Positions 40,042 to 50,313 of a stretch of DNA of 64,000 nt are shown piece by piece. The notes under the pieces are model-generated. The model worked only from the letters and a program-made list of their open reading frames with translations. It searched no databases and had not been told where the DNA came from. The first letter of the stretch is position 1, and the number at the start of each line of letters is the position of its first letter. Source of the stretch: a virus; IMG/VR virus record IMGVR_UViG_3300034071_000719, positions 1 to 64,000 of that record. One strand, given 5' to 3'. Position numbers and translations under genes: made by a program.

Positions 40042-40921
40042 TATTGCAGATTTAGACTGCATCTACCTAAGTTATGATGAGCCAAAAAAAGAAGAGTTTT
40101 GGATTAAGATTCAAAATATGGTTCCGTGGGCTAAACGTGTAGATAGTGTTAAAGGCAGTGATGCCGCACATAAAGCAGCCGCATCTGCAAGTGATACTGA
40201 ACGCTTTGTATTAATCGATGGCGACAACTTACCCGACCCAGAGTTCTTTAACTTACAACTTACATTAGATGATACTAATAAAGATGTAGTCTTTCGTTGG
40301 AAGGCACGTAACATCATTAATGGCTTACAGTACGGTAACGGTGGTATGAGTTGCTGGACTAAAGAATTCATCAATAATATGCGCACACACGAAGCAAGCA
40401 ACGGTGATGATGATACTGCCGTTGAGTTTTGCTTTGACCCACGCTATTGGGCAATGAATGATTGCTACAGCACAACATACCCAAATCAAAGTCCATATCA
40501 AGCGTGGAGAGCTGGCTTTAGAGAAGGCGTTAAGATGTGTTTAGATCGCGGCACTAAGCCAAATCTATTAGATTTTGAGAAGCGTGTACATGATCGGAAC
40601 TACGATCATTTAAGCATATGGCATAATGTAGGCATGGACGTAGAGAATGGTGACTGGGCAATGTACGGTGCTAAACTTGGCACATATATGACTATGATTA
40701 CAGATTGGGATTATAGAGAAGTACAAGACTTTGATGCATTGGATAAAATTTGGCATCAAAACAAAGTACTAAACTTAGTAGAAGAATGCAATGAAATGTC
40801 ACATACATTAAATGTAAAATTAGGATTACCCGCACCACATTTAACAGCAGACCAAAGTAAATTCTTTAAATATCATTACAAGAGTATGTTTAAGAATAAA
40901 GGAGTAATGTATCGTGAATGA
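40025..40921 (+). CDS. GT-A (GT2-like) glycosyltransferase
   Basis: IYLSYDEP, AHKAAA, FVLIDGDN (DxD), NGLQYGNGG, AWRAGFREGVKM. Confidence 0.68.
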   Translation: MTQIVDIADLDCIYLSYDEPKKEEFWIKIQNMVPWAKRVDSVKGSDAAHKAAASASDTERFVLIDGDNLPDPEFFNLQLTLDDTNKDVVFRWKARNIINGLQYGNGGMSCWTKEFINNMRTHEASNGDDDTAVEFCFDPRYWAMNDCYSTTYPNQSPYQAWRAGFREGVKMCLDRGTKPNLLDFEKRVHDRNYDHLSIWHNVGMDVENGDWAMYGAKLGTYMTMITDWDYREVQDFDALDKIWHQNKVLNLVEECNEMSHTLNVKLGLPAPHLTADQSKFFKYHYKSMFKNKGVMYRE

Positions 40922-41537
40922 TTTAACTATTTCGCCGTGGCATGTTCTAAATATAGATATTAGTAATGCTATACGAGAAGATTTTGATTTTAATAATTTA
41001 ATCAATGAATCAACTATCCGTGATTTATGGCCATATAATCGAGAAACAATAAGTGAGCTATTCTCTGCTGAATGGTTAGCTTATATGAATGAGATTGGAT
41101 TACCACCGGATTCTGCTACTATCTTTTATAGATCTCCATTCTTTGAAGAATCAATGGCGCACGTTGATTTATTCCAAAATCCAATTCGTCCAGCAGTATT
41201 TGCATTAAATTGGGTAGTAAGTGAAGGGGACGACAGCGAAATGATTTGGTTCGATACTCCTGACACCCCAGGTGAATATATTATGTACGATGCAACTGAA
41301 GTTGGATCTCGTAATATGTCTTGGCCGATGTCATCGTTTGATGGTAAACACATGTACCGTAGAACATTAGGTAAACAGTTAACTTTAGTAGCAACAGGTA
41401 GGCCACATAATATTATTGTTAATAAGATTCCTCGTTGGTGCATAAGTGTACGTTTTTCTACTAGAACATTTAATATTCAGTCATGGGAAGAAGCAATTGC
41501 GCACTTTAGCAAATTTATAGTTAAGGCACCAGAATAA
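40914..41537 (+). CDS. Possible 2OG-Fe(II)/cupin-fold oxygenase
   Basis: HVD...ALNW...PHN...RWCISVRF arrangement (HxD...H...RxxxSxR). Confidence 0.45.
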   Translation: MNDLTISPWHVLNIDISNAIREDFDFNNLINESTIRDLWPYNRETISELFSAEWLAYMNEIGLPPDSATIFYRSPFFEESMAHVDLFQNPIRPAVFALNWVVSEGDDSEMIWFDTPDTPGEYIMYDATEVGSRNMSWPMSSFDGKHMYRRTLGKQLTLVATGRPHNIIVNKIPRWCISVRFSTRTFNIQSWEEAIAHFSKFIVKAPE

Positions 41538-42206
41538 ATGTTAATAACTTACGGAAGTAATAAACCGTTATGTCTGATTGGTGTTCCAAAATCAGTAATG
41601 ACACAAGAAGGATTATTTTATCTTGAGAACGGATATAATGATCCAGATCACACAGCAGGACCAATTACAGTAATCACTCCAGAAGAATTTTTGGCATTAA
41701 ATGATAAAACTGTATATCAATATTGTGTAGTGTTTACACTTGATACAGTTGCTAGAACAAATATAATTAATATTTTAGAAGAGCAACAACTAGATTGCTT
41801 TAGTTATGTACATCATACATCGGTGATACGCAACGATATTGCAATAACTGAAGTTATTGGACACGGTAGTTTTCTGTGCTCATTTAATACAGTTATGATG
41901 GGCGCAACCATCGGAAAACATTGCATATTAGAAACATATTGCCTTATATCACATTATAGTACATTAGCGGATAATGTTATTATACATTCGGGCACATTGA
42001 TTGCTGGTAAAACTAAAATCGGTAGCGGGTGTATATTTAATTTTAAAGCAGCCTCACTTAATGCATTAACAATATGTGATGGTGTTGAAGTGGGTGCATT
42101 AAGTACAGTCACTAAAGACATAGCTGTATCGGGACGATACATGGGTTCGATTGCACGATATGTGGGACCTCTAATTATATTTCAAGACCCGGGAACAACA
42201 GGATAG
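41538..42206 (+). CDS. Hexapeptide-repeat sugar acetyltransferase (NeuD/PglD-like)
   Basis: Left-handed beta-helix repeats (VIGHGS, TIGKHC, KIGSGC), ISH, GALSTVTKDI...G.YMG. Confidence 0.8.
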   Translation: MLITYGSNKPLCLIGVPKSVMTQEGLFYLENGYNDPDHTAGPITVITPEEFLALNDKTVYQYCVVFTLDTVARTNIINILEEQQLDCFSYVHHTSVIRNDIAITEVIGHGSFLCSFNTVMMGATIGKHCILETYCLISHYSTLADNVIIHSGTLIAGKTKIGSGCIFNFKAASLNALTICDGVEVGALSTVTKDIAVSGRYMGSIARYVGPLIIFQDPGTTG

Positions 42207-42208
42207 TT

Positions 42209-42901
42209 ATGTATAAATCATGGCCATTGGCCCCAACATATGAATGGCGACGCCGAGAATTAGATCAATTAACTGCACAAGGTTATGTGTGGAATTCTCC
42301 ATCAGATGTAATTGATCTATTTGAAAAGAAAGTAGCTACTTTTGCGGGCAGTAAATATGCAGTAGCAATTGATTGTTGTTCACATGGTATATTTCTTGCA
42401 TTAAAATATCTCAAAGCATTTGGCCCAATAGATGTCCCAGCACGTACATATATATCAGTACCGGCGCAAGTTATCCATGCTGGGTGCAGTGTTAATTTTA
42501 CACAAGAAGAATGGACTGGTGTATATCAATTAACTCCGTATCCTATTTTTGATGGAGCAGTGCGTTGGCAAAAGGATATGTACAAGGGTGGGTTCCATAT
42601 ACTATCATTTCAGATTAAAAAGCGTATACCAATCGGCAAAGGCGGCATGATTCTAACTGATGATATAGATGCATACAATTGGCTTAAACGAGCTAGTCAT
42701 GATGGTAGAACATTTGGCGTTAATTTTGATCAAGATACAGTTGAAATGATAGGCTGGCACTATAATATGACTCCCGAAGATGCTGCAAGAGGTATTATGC
42801 TAATGGACCAAACAGCTGATTTCAATGAAGATTCGGGCAATTATAAATCGTACACCGATTTGTCACTATTGTCAATTTTTACAAAAACAACGGAGAAGTA
42901 A
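42209..42901 (+). CDS. DegT/DnrJ/EryC1/StrS aminotransferase, short form
   Basis: FEKKVA...KYAVAIDCCSHG, VPARTY, IFDGA, SFQIKK...GKGGMILTDD, GWHYNM. Confidence 0.8.
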   Translation: MYKSWPLAPTYEWRRRELDQLTAQGYVWNSPSDVIDLFEKKVATFAGSKYAVAIDCCSHGIFLALKYLKAFGPIDVPARTYISVPAQVIHAGCSVNFTQEEWTGVYQLTPYPIFDGAVRWQKDMYKGGFHILSFQIKKRIPIGKGGMILTDDIDAYNWLKRASHDGRTFGVNFDQDTVEMIGWHYNMTPEDAARGIMLMDQTADFNEDSGNYKSYTDLSLLSIFTKTTEK

Positions 42902-43935
42902 TGAAAGTAGATATGCAAAAACATTGGGGCAGTAAAGAACTTTATTACGTGCCCGAGTTGATTTCTAAAATAATTCATAGTATGCAAACAGATGGAACGG
43001 TATATCTATTCACTAATGAAGGAAAAAATGGTGCCAACAATGGTTTGTATAAATTATTAGATGACTTGTGCTTGTACTGGAAATGGGACAAGTCGGCTAT
43101 TACAATAGAAACATCAAACTTTATGCCTACTTCATGGTTAACAACAGAATTATTGCCAAACTATGGTAGTAGCCACCCTGACTATAATATAAAACGCACT
43201 TCGCTTAATATGATGGCGGCATATATGGATATTACTAGTAAAATATATTCATGGAATAAAGAAAAATATTACGGAATGTTTATTGCTCGTGCATCATCCG
43301 ACAGGATTTACGCTGCACATGCTCATACAAAATTTAAATTTAAGGAAATGGGGCTAACAAGTTTTAGAGAAAATTTATTCGAATATATGAGTTATCCTGA
43401 TCTAGTAGATTACTTTATGCATTCAAATCAGACATACAAAGAAATGCTAGAAGTTGTGCCACACAGTGATATAGAAGAGTTAATCCCGTCTCCGAATTCG
43501 CCATTAATTACTCCGCCGTATAATACCAGTGATTGGGGTAAGGTATACGAAAAAATAGCCATTGATATTGTATGCGAAACTAGTACTGAACCAAATTGTG
43601 GTGATGTGTCAGAGAAAGTATATCGCCCATTGTATTATAAACGACCGTTTTTATTAATTGGCTCACCGGGGCAATTTGCTATTCTGCATGAGTTAGGATT
43701 TAAAACATTTGATGGGATAATCGACGAATCCTACGATAAATTAACCGGAGTTGCTCGTGTCAATAAAGTATTTGAAATATTAGAACAATTAATTTTAGAC
43801 AACAGAATGGATACGCTGTTAGATGAATGTAAAGAAATACTTGAACATAACCATAAACAAATGATTCGATTATCTATTGAACATAGAGTAAAGCATAGAG
43901 ACGAGCTAAAAAAATTGATGGATAACGATGAGTAG
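42901..43935 (+). CDS. Putative GT-B glycosyltransferase-like protein (GT10-like motif)
   Basis: IDIVCET...VSEKVYRP...RPFLLIG...LGFKTF...DESYD. Confidence 0.45.
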   Translation: MKVDMQKHWGSKELYYVPELISKIIHSMQTDGTVYLFTNEGKNGANNGLYKLLDDLCLYWKWDKSAITIETSNFMPTSWLTTELLPNYGSSHPDYNIKRTSLNMMAAYMDITSKIYSWNKEKYYGMFIARASSDRIYAAHAHTKFKFKEMGLTSFRENLFEYMSYPDLVDYFMHSNQTYKEMLEVVPHSDIEELIPSPNSPLITPPYNTSDWGKVYEKIAIDIVCETSTEPNCGDVSEKVYRPLYYKRPFLLIGSPGQFAILHELGFKTFDGIIDESYDKLTGVARVNKVFEILEQLILDNRMDTLLDECKEILEHNHKQMIRLSIEHRVKHRDELKKLMDNDE

Positions 43936-45313
43936 TAATTTTATGTCGGCTGCAGAGGAAATGAAGGACAAGTTAGGTCCTGCACTCTGCTTGGCTAAAT
44001 GGCAACAAGTAAGTCTACATTTGCCAACTGGACTAACAAACAGTTGCTATCATCCGCCCTTACACGAAATTGATAGTGCGCCACTACTATTTAATCCGGG
44101 TGCGCTACACAATACTGACTACAAGAAACAGCAACGTAAACTTATGCTAGAGCAAACACGCCCGGCAGAATGTAGTTATTGTTGGAGTGCAGAAGATAAC
44201 AACCAACTAAGCGACAGACACTATCGCTCCGGTGAACCATGGGCGGCTGAACACTATGAAGAAATAGTAAACGCACCATGGGACCAAGACGTTGTACCGA
44301 GTTATGTTGAAGTAAACTTCAGTCATGGCTGTAACTTAGCATGTTCATATTGCTCCCCACAATACTCAACAGAGTGGGGTAAGGATACAGACAGATGGGG
44401 TGCGTATCCAACAAGCGTACCACACAATGCGCCTGAACACTTTCAAGGTCGCCGCAAGCCAATCCCAGTACGCGAAGCTAATCCGTATGTTGAAGCATTT
44501 TGGCGTTGGTGGCCCGAGCTGTATCCTAAGCTAAAACACTTTAGAATGACTGGTGGTGAACCGCTTATGGATAAGAATACGCACCGTGTATTTGATTACA
44601 TACTTGCACTACCAAAAAGTGATTTACACGTTGATGTAACTAGTAACTTCAGTGTTGAGCCACAAGTATTTGAAAAGTATTTAGACAAAGTTAAACAACT
44701 ATGCACGGGCGAACGTATAGAACACTTTATGCAGTATGTTAGTCTAGATACTGGACTTCCTGCACATGCAGAATATATACGCGATGGGCTATATTGGGAT
44801 AGAGTCATGCGATATTCTAACGCTTTCCTAACAGAAGTGCCATACCGCAATAGCCTAACGTTTATTATCACAATGAACAATTTAAACATACTTGGACTAA
44901 AACTTTTATTGACTCAGATATTAGAGATGCGTAACAAATACAGCACAACTTATCAACGTGTGTGGTTCGATACGCCACTATTACGTAGCCCAACCTATCA
45001 AAGTTTACAAATACTCCCAGCAAGTTATGTTCGCATATTAGAAGATGTTGTTACGTTTATGCGAACAAATCAAGCAGACGAAACAGCTGATAACTTCGAA
45101 GGCTTTAAAGATTATGAAATACAACGTATGGAACGTAATGTTGAATGGATGAAACAAGGTTGCGAACTCTCGAAGGAATATGTTACAATACAAAGAGCAG
45201 ACTTCTATAGATTTTTTAATGAATATGATAAACGCAGAGGTTTAAACTTTTTGGAAACATTCCCACAGATGACAGAATTTTGGCAGGAGTGCAAATACCA
45301 TGCCGAAACGTAA
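43928..45313 (+). CDS. Radical SAM protein 1, N-terminal twitch/SPASM-like domain
   Basis: CLAKW...SCYH...CSYC; CNLACSYC; TGGEPL. Confidence 0.9.
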   Translation: MSSNFMSAAEEMKDKLGPALCLAKWQQVSLHLPTGLTNSCYHPPLHEIDSAPLLFNPGALHNTDYKKQQRKLMLEQTRPAECSYCWSAEDNNQLSDRHYRSGEPWAAEHYEEIVNAPWDQDVVPSYVEVNFSHGCNLACSYCSPQYSTEWGKDTDRWGAYPTSVPHNAPEHFQGRRKPIPVREANPYVEAFWRWWPELYPKLKHFRMTGGEPLMDKNTHRVFDYILALPKSDLHVDVTSNFSVEPQVFEKYLDKVKQLCTGERIEHFMQYVSLDTGLPAHAEYIRDGLYWDRVMRYSNAFLTEVPYRNSLTFIITMNNLNILGLKLLLTQILEMRNKYSTTYQRVWFDTPLLRSPTYQSLQILPASYVRILEDVVTFMRTNQADETADNFEGFKDYEIQRMERNVEWMKQGCELSKEYVTIQRADFYRFFNEYDKRRGLNFLETFPQMTEFWQECKYHAET

Positions 45314-46460
45314 TAATGCATTTTGCATTAAACCGTGGACGCAAGCATGTATCAGAACAAATGGTGATATTACTTTATGCTGTCAGAGTTTAGAAAAATC
45401 AAACTTTAATTTAAAAACATCAACAATAGATGCTTGGTGGAATAGTGAATTTGTGTCTACAACCCGAACTCAAATGTTAAACAAAACTATTCCACCGGCA
45501 TGCATGAGTTGTGCAGCAGAAGAACAACAAGGTAGTATTAGTTTACGGCAAAAATCTAATAAAGAATATAAAATTTTTGAGCAATACGCAGAGCAAACAC
45601 TATCACATTTTCGTTATCCTATGCTATCGCCTATCGAAATGGAAATACAACTTACTAATTTATGTAATTTAAAATGTTTAATGTGTGCCGAAGAGGCAAG
45701 TAGTGCTTTATTAAGCGAGAATATGCGCTTAAGAATAAACATATCCAAGCCCGATGATTACACTTTAAGTGATAGTGACTTTAATAAGATACAGGCATGG
45801 ATTGCAACCAAACCTAAATCGATTAATTTTCGCGGTGGCGAGCCACTCGTGGTGCCAGAAATTAAAAGGTTATTACAGTGGGGAGTAGAGCAGGAATTGT
45901 TGGCAGACACAGTAATACATATATCTACAAATGCAACTAAATTAGATAATGAATGGATGTCTATACTAACATCAATTAAGCAATTACGAATCATGGTCAG
46001 TATAGATGCAATCGGACAGTTAAATGATTATATTCGATTCGGTAGTAAATGGGATATAATTAACACCAATGTTGCTAAATTATCACGTATACCAGGAATA
46101 AATTTAGTAGTACATGCCACTATACAAAATTTAAATATCCTATCTATAGGAAATTTGATTACTTGGTGTGAATTAAATAGTTACTTTTTTGATTTTACTA
46201 TTCTGTCAGAGCCGACTATATTCAAACTTACTAATTTACCATCTAATTTGTTGTCTGACGCAATGCATAATCTTAGGGAATTGTCTGATACGGCAGGTAA
46301 TGGAGCACACCTGGCTGACATTGTTGAGCATGCGATTCAATCGTCGGATTCCCAATGGGATAATTTTAAAAATGAAATTAATATGAGAGATCAAGCAAGG
46401 AATACATCTATTCTAGATATTATTCCACAATTCAGAGAGTATTGGCATGCCAAAAATTAA
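45300..46460 (+). CDS. Radical SAM protein 2, N-terminal twitch/SPASM-like domain
   Basis: CIKPW...LCC...CMSC; CNLKCLMC; GGEPL. Confidence 0.9.
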   Translation: MPKRNNAFCIKPWTQACIRTNGDITLCCQSLEKSNFNLKTSTIDAWWNSEFVSTTRTQMLNKTIPPACMSCAAEEQQGSISLRQKSNKEYKIFEQYAEQTLSHFRYPMLSPIEMEIQLTNLCNLKCLMCAEEASSALLSENMRLRINISKPDDYTLSDSDFNKIQAWIATKPKSINFRGGEPLVVPEIKRLLQWGVEQELLADTVIHISTNATKLDNEWMSILTSIKQLRIMVSIDAIGQLNDYIRFGSKWDIINTNVAKLSRIPGINLVVHATIQNLNILSIGNLITWCELNSYFFDFTILSEPTIFKLTNLPSNLLSDAMHNLRELSDTAGNGAHLADIVEHAIQSSDSQWDNFKNEINMRDQARNTSILDIIPQFREYWHAKN

Positions 46461-47781
46461 CAACGAAACAGATTTAGAATATAAGCGTAGAGTGATCGAC
46501 ATTAAGTCGGATAGCTTTTGCGCGGCCAAATGGTACAATGCTACTATATGGTTAGGGTCAGGGCAGACTACAAGTTGCCATCATCCGCTACCACATCAAA
46601 TCGATATAGAAGCAATTAAAACAAATCCAAGTGCAATACACAACACTCCACAAAAGAAAGAACAGCGTAGACAAATGCAAGTAGGCGAACGACCCGCGGG
46701 CTGTGACTACTGCTGGAAGATAGAAGACATGAGCACAGATGCAGTTAGTGACCGTGTATATAAGACTGTAATTTATAATGACAAGGACTTAGATGATGCA
46801 TACAATTTACCTGCAAGCGAAGATGTTAACTTACAAACTTTGGAAATTGCCTTTGACAGAACTTGTCAGTTTGCTTGTTCTTACTGCAATCCTGCTTTTA
46901 GCACTAGTTGGGTTAGGGATATACATCAAAACGGCGCATACACCAATTTGGTTTCAGATGGCAGAAATCACTTTACTCATGAGCATAATAGTAGTCAATT
47001 GTTTAAACTCAATGAAGTTAATCCATATGTCGAAGCGTTCTTCAAATGGTGGGAAACAGACTTACACAAAACATTAAAAGAGCTACGCATTACAGGTGGC
47101 GAACCACTAATGTCGGATAACACATGGCGCTTAATCGATTGGTTTAAAGCACACAAAGGCGAAAGTAAAACACGTCTTGCTATTAACAGTAATCTCGGCT
47201 TTAAGCGTGAGATACTTGAACGCTTACTTGATAGCACACAAGGACTTGAGCTTGACATTTACACTAGCAACGAGTCAATGGGTAACCATGCAGAATATAT
47301 ACGTGATGGGCTAGATTGGAAACAATGGAGTGAGAATTTAATATTTCTACTAGAGTCTAAAAAAGTACGTGGCATACATGTCATGGGTACAATCAATGCA
47401 TTGTGCTTATCTAGTCTGAGTGAATTCTTATGGAATATGATGAAACTTAAAGAGAAATATGGTCGGGAAGCATTATCGTTTACATTAAACATTTTACGCT
47501 TTCCTAGCTTCCAAAGTCCGCTTATACTTCCGATCGAACTTCGTACAAAATATAGTAACGAGCTTGCAGAATTTTTGTTTAATAATAAAGAGAATGCGGT
47601 ATTACACGAACATGAACGTGAACACATTAAACGTTTGATTGATTACTTAAAGCAAGATACACAAGTTGACAGTAATTTACAAAACGATTTTAAACAGTTT
47701 TATCAGCAATACGACCAACGTCGTGACAAAGACTTTAAATACACGTTTACACAATTAACTAACTGGTACGAAACACTATGA
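46447..47781 (+). CDS. Radical SAM protein 3, N-terminal twitch/SPASM-like domain
   Basis: CAAKW...SCHH...CDYC; CQFACSYC; TGGEPL. Confidence 0.9.
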   Translation: MPKINNETDLEYKRRVIDIKSDSFCAAKWYNATIWLGSGQTTSCHHPLPHQIDIEAIKTNPSAIHNTPQKKEQRRQMQVGERPAGCDYCWKIEDMSTDAVSDRVYKTVIYNDKDLDDAYNLPASEDVNLQTLEIAFDRTCQFACSYCNPAFSTSWVRDIHQNGAYTNLVSDGRNHFTHEHNSSQLFKLNEVNPYVEAFFKWWETDLHKTLKELRITGGEPLMSDNTWRLIDWFKAHKGESKTRLAINSNLGFKREILERLLDSTQGLELDIYTSNESMGNHAEYIRDGLDWKQWSENLIFLLESKKVRGIHVMGTINALCLSSLSEFLWNMMKLKEKYGREALSFTLNILRFPSFQSPLILPIELRTKYSNELAEFLFNNKENAVLHEHEREHIKRLIDYLKQDTQVDSNLQNDFKQFYQQYDQRRDKDFKYTFTQLTNWYETL

Positions 47782-49112
47782 AAATAAAAAAGACCAAGGG
47801 CAATTTTAAAAACTATGATTATAATAGTACCATGCCCTTATACTGTGACCCTGCAGACTTAACAGCAAAACATAAAGAACTCTTAACAGAAAGTAAAGTA
47901 TTCTGTATACTGCCGTGGATTCATATGCATGCGTTTCCAGACGGAAGAGCATACCCTTGCTGTTTAGGCGAAATGTGGCAACCGATTGGTGACTTGCGCA
48001 AAAATACAATGGAAGAAGTATGGAATGATGCGCCTATGCGTAAGATGCGTACAAACATGTTAAATGATAAACCGTGTAAAGAATGTACTAAGTGTTACGA
48101 ACTAGAAGATAATAGTTTCTTTAGTATGCGCAATAGCTTTAGTAAGGACTTCGGTCATTTAATCGAACTAAGCGATGCTACCAACGATGATGGTAGCTTA
48201 GATGATTTTACATTACGTTATTATGATGTACGTTTTAGTAATTTATGTAATTTTCGTTGCCGTAGCTGTGGTCCTATCTTTAGTAGTAATTGGTACAATG
48301 ACCATGTTAAACTGTATGGTAAAAAGCCCGAGGTACTAGGTAAAGAAATGGCAATGGTTGAATATGCCGGCCGCCACAAGTATGATATGTGGGAGCAAAT
48401 GCAAGAACATATCCCTAACTTAGAACAAATATACTTTGCTGGTGGCGAACCACTTATCATGGAAGAGCATTACATGATTCTTAAAGAATTGGTAGCTCAA
48501 AAATTATTCCATGTTCGTTTAATATATAATACTAACTTTAGCGAAATGGTATACAAAGGGCAAGATGTATTTGAACTTTGGAAATTGTTTGATAGCGTAA
48601 GCATCGGCGCAAGTTTAGATGATAATTATGCACGTGGCGAATACATGCGCAAAGGACAAGAGTGGGAACAAACAGAAGCCAATCGCCGTCGAATGTTAGA
48701 AGTCTGTCCAAATGTAGACTTTTATGTAAGTAGCACTGTTAGCTTATATAATGTATTACATGTAACAGAATTTCATAGAGATTGGGTTGAAAAAGGACTA
48801 GTGCGCCCGCAAGATTGGAATATTAATCTATGCCAAAGTCCAGACAGAATTCGTGCAGATGTATTACCTGATGTATATAAACAACAAGCAATTAAGAAAA
48901 TTGAAGAGCACATAAAATGGCTTGAACCGCAAGATTCTATTAGTAGAGCAACTGGCGGATACAAAGGGATTATTAATTTCTTAAATCAACACGATAACAG
49001 TCACTTTTTACCTGAATTCTTTAAGTCTAATGATGAAGTTGATGTAGTTAGAGAAGAGAAGTTCGAAGAAGTATTTCCAGAATATGCAGAGTTGAGATCA
49101 TATGTCAAATAA
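47778..49112 (+). CDS. Radical SAM protein 4, N-terminal twitch/SPASM-like domain
   Basis: CILPW...PCC...CTKC; CNFRCRSC; AGGEPL. Confidence 0.9.
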   Translation: MKIKKTKGNFKNYDYNSTMPLYCDPADLTAKHKELLTESKVFCILPWIHMHAFPDGRAYPCCLGEMWQPIGDLRKNTMEEVWNDAPMRKMRTNMLNDKPCKECTKCYELEDNSFFSMRNSFSKDFGHLIELSDATNDDGSLDDFTLRYYDVRFSNLCNFRCRSCGPIFSSNWYNDHVKLYGKKPEVLGKEMAMVEYAGRHKYDMWEQMQEHIPNLEQIYFAGGEPLIMEEHYMILKELVAQKLFHVRLIYNTNFSEMVYKGQDVFELWKLFDSVSIGASLDDNYARGEYMRKGQEWEQTEANRRRMLEVCPNVDFYVSSTVSLYNVLHVTEFHRDWVEKGLVRPQDWNINLCQSPDRIRADVLPDVYKQQAIKKIEEHIKWLEPQDSISRATGGYKGIINFLNQHDNSHFLPEFFKSNDEVDVVREEKFEEVFPEYAELRSYVK

Positions 49113-50313
49113 TGAATTACCTAAAACTATATGTATGGTACCTTGGATTAGTGTCGAAACTAGCCCAATAAGTACTACCCGTCCTTGCTGTTTAGCATTA
49201 GACGAAATTACTCGCACCGACGGTACTAAGTACAGTCTTAAAGATAGTACATTAGAAGAAGTTTATCATAGTCCATATATGCAAAATTTACGTCAAGAGT
49301 TTTTAGATGGCAAGAAACCAGAAACATGTAAAAGATGCTGGGATGAAGAAGATGCTGGCCGCGCAAGTAAACGAATAAACAGTAGAATTCGTCTTAAAGA
49401 GTACTACGATCAAATTGATTGGACTAATACCAATCCTAATCAGCTGTGGTTCATTGACTTAAAACTAGGTAATATTTGCAATCTAAAATGTCGTATATGT
49501 GGTAGTTGGTCTAGTAGTAAATGGGCACAAGAAGAAATCGCATACATGCCGGAACTTAAAAATAAAAAAGAACATCTTGCATATAAATTTTTAACAGATG
49601 GAGCATGGCCACGGGAAAGTGTTGATTTTTGGGAGAACTTAAAATCATTATTACCAAACATTAAGTACTTTGAATTTACAGGTGGTGAGCCATTTTTAAT
49701 CAAAGAACACTTTGAGCTTTTGCAGTATGCAGTCGAACATGGCTATAGTAAAAATATTGAAATACATTATAATACAAATGGAACAGTGTTTCCAGAGAAT
49801 GGTGCTGAACTATGGAATCAATTTAAACGTGTAGAAGTTGCATTTAGTATAGACAACGTTGGCGCTCAATTTGAGTACGAACGGTATGGCGCAATCTGGG
49901 ATGAAGTACAAACAAACATAGCTAAGTTCAATGCAATGCGCAATGATATAATTACTACGCAAATATGTTTAACTATCAATATACAAAACGTATACTATCT
50001 GCCAGAATTATGTGAATGGATTAATACACAAACATTTGACCATACATATTTTAATATGTTGCATGATCCAAATCACATGAACATTAACAATATGACTCCT
50101 GCAGCAAACAAGTTAGTTATCCAACGTCTGTCGGGATATGCTTTTTCACCTAGACATAAAGCTGAAATAATTCGTATTATTAAATTTATCGAAAACGGCA
50201 AAGGCGGTAGCGGACAAGATTTTATGCGGAAAATGCAAACAACAGATGCATATCGCAATGAAAGTTTCTTGACCACACACAAAGAAATTGCACTTGCAAT
50301 GGGCTATAAATGA
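49102..50313 (+). CDS. Radical SAM protein 5, N-terminal twitch/SPASM-like domain
   Basis: CMVPW...PCC...CKRC; CNLKCRIC; TGGEPF. Confidence 0.9.
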   Translation: MSNNELPKTICMVPWISVETSPISTTRPCCLALDEITRTDGTKYSLKDSTLEEVYHSPYMQNLRQEFLDGKKPETCKRCWDEEDAGRASKRINSRIRLKEYYDQIDWTNTNPNQLWFIDLKLGNICNLKCRICGSWSSSKWAQEEIAYMPELKNKKEHLAYKFLTDGAWPRESVDFWENLKSLLPNIKYFEFTGGEPFLIKEHFELLQYAVEHGYSKNIEIHYNTNGTVFPENGAELWNQFKRVEVAFSIDNVGAQFEYERYGAIWDEVQTNIAKFNAMRNDIITTQICLTINIQNVYYLPELCEWINTQTFDHTYFNMLHDPNHMNINNMTPAANKLVIQRLSGYAFSPRHKAEIIRIIKFIENGKGGSGQDFMRKMQTTDAYRNESFLTTHKEIALAMGYK

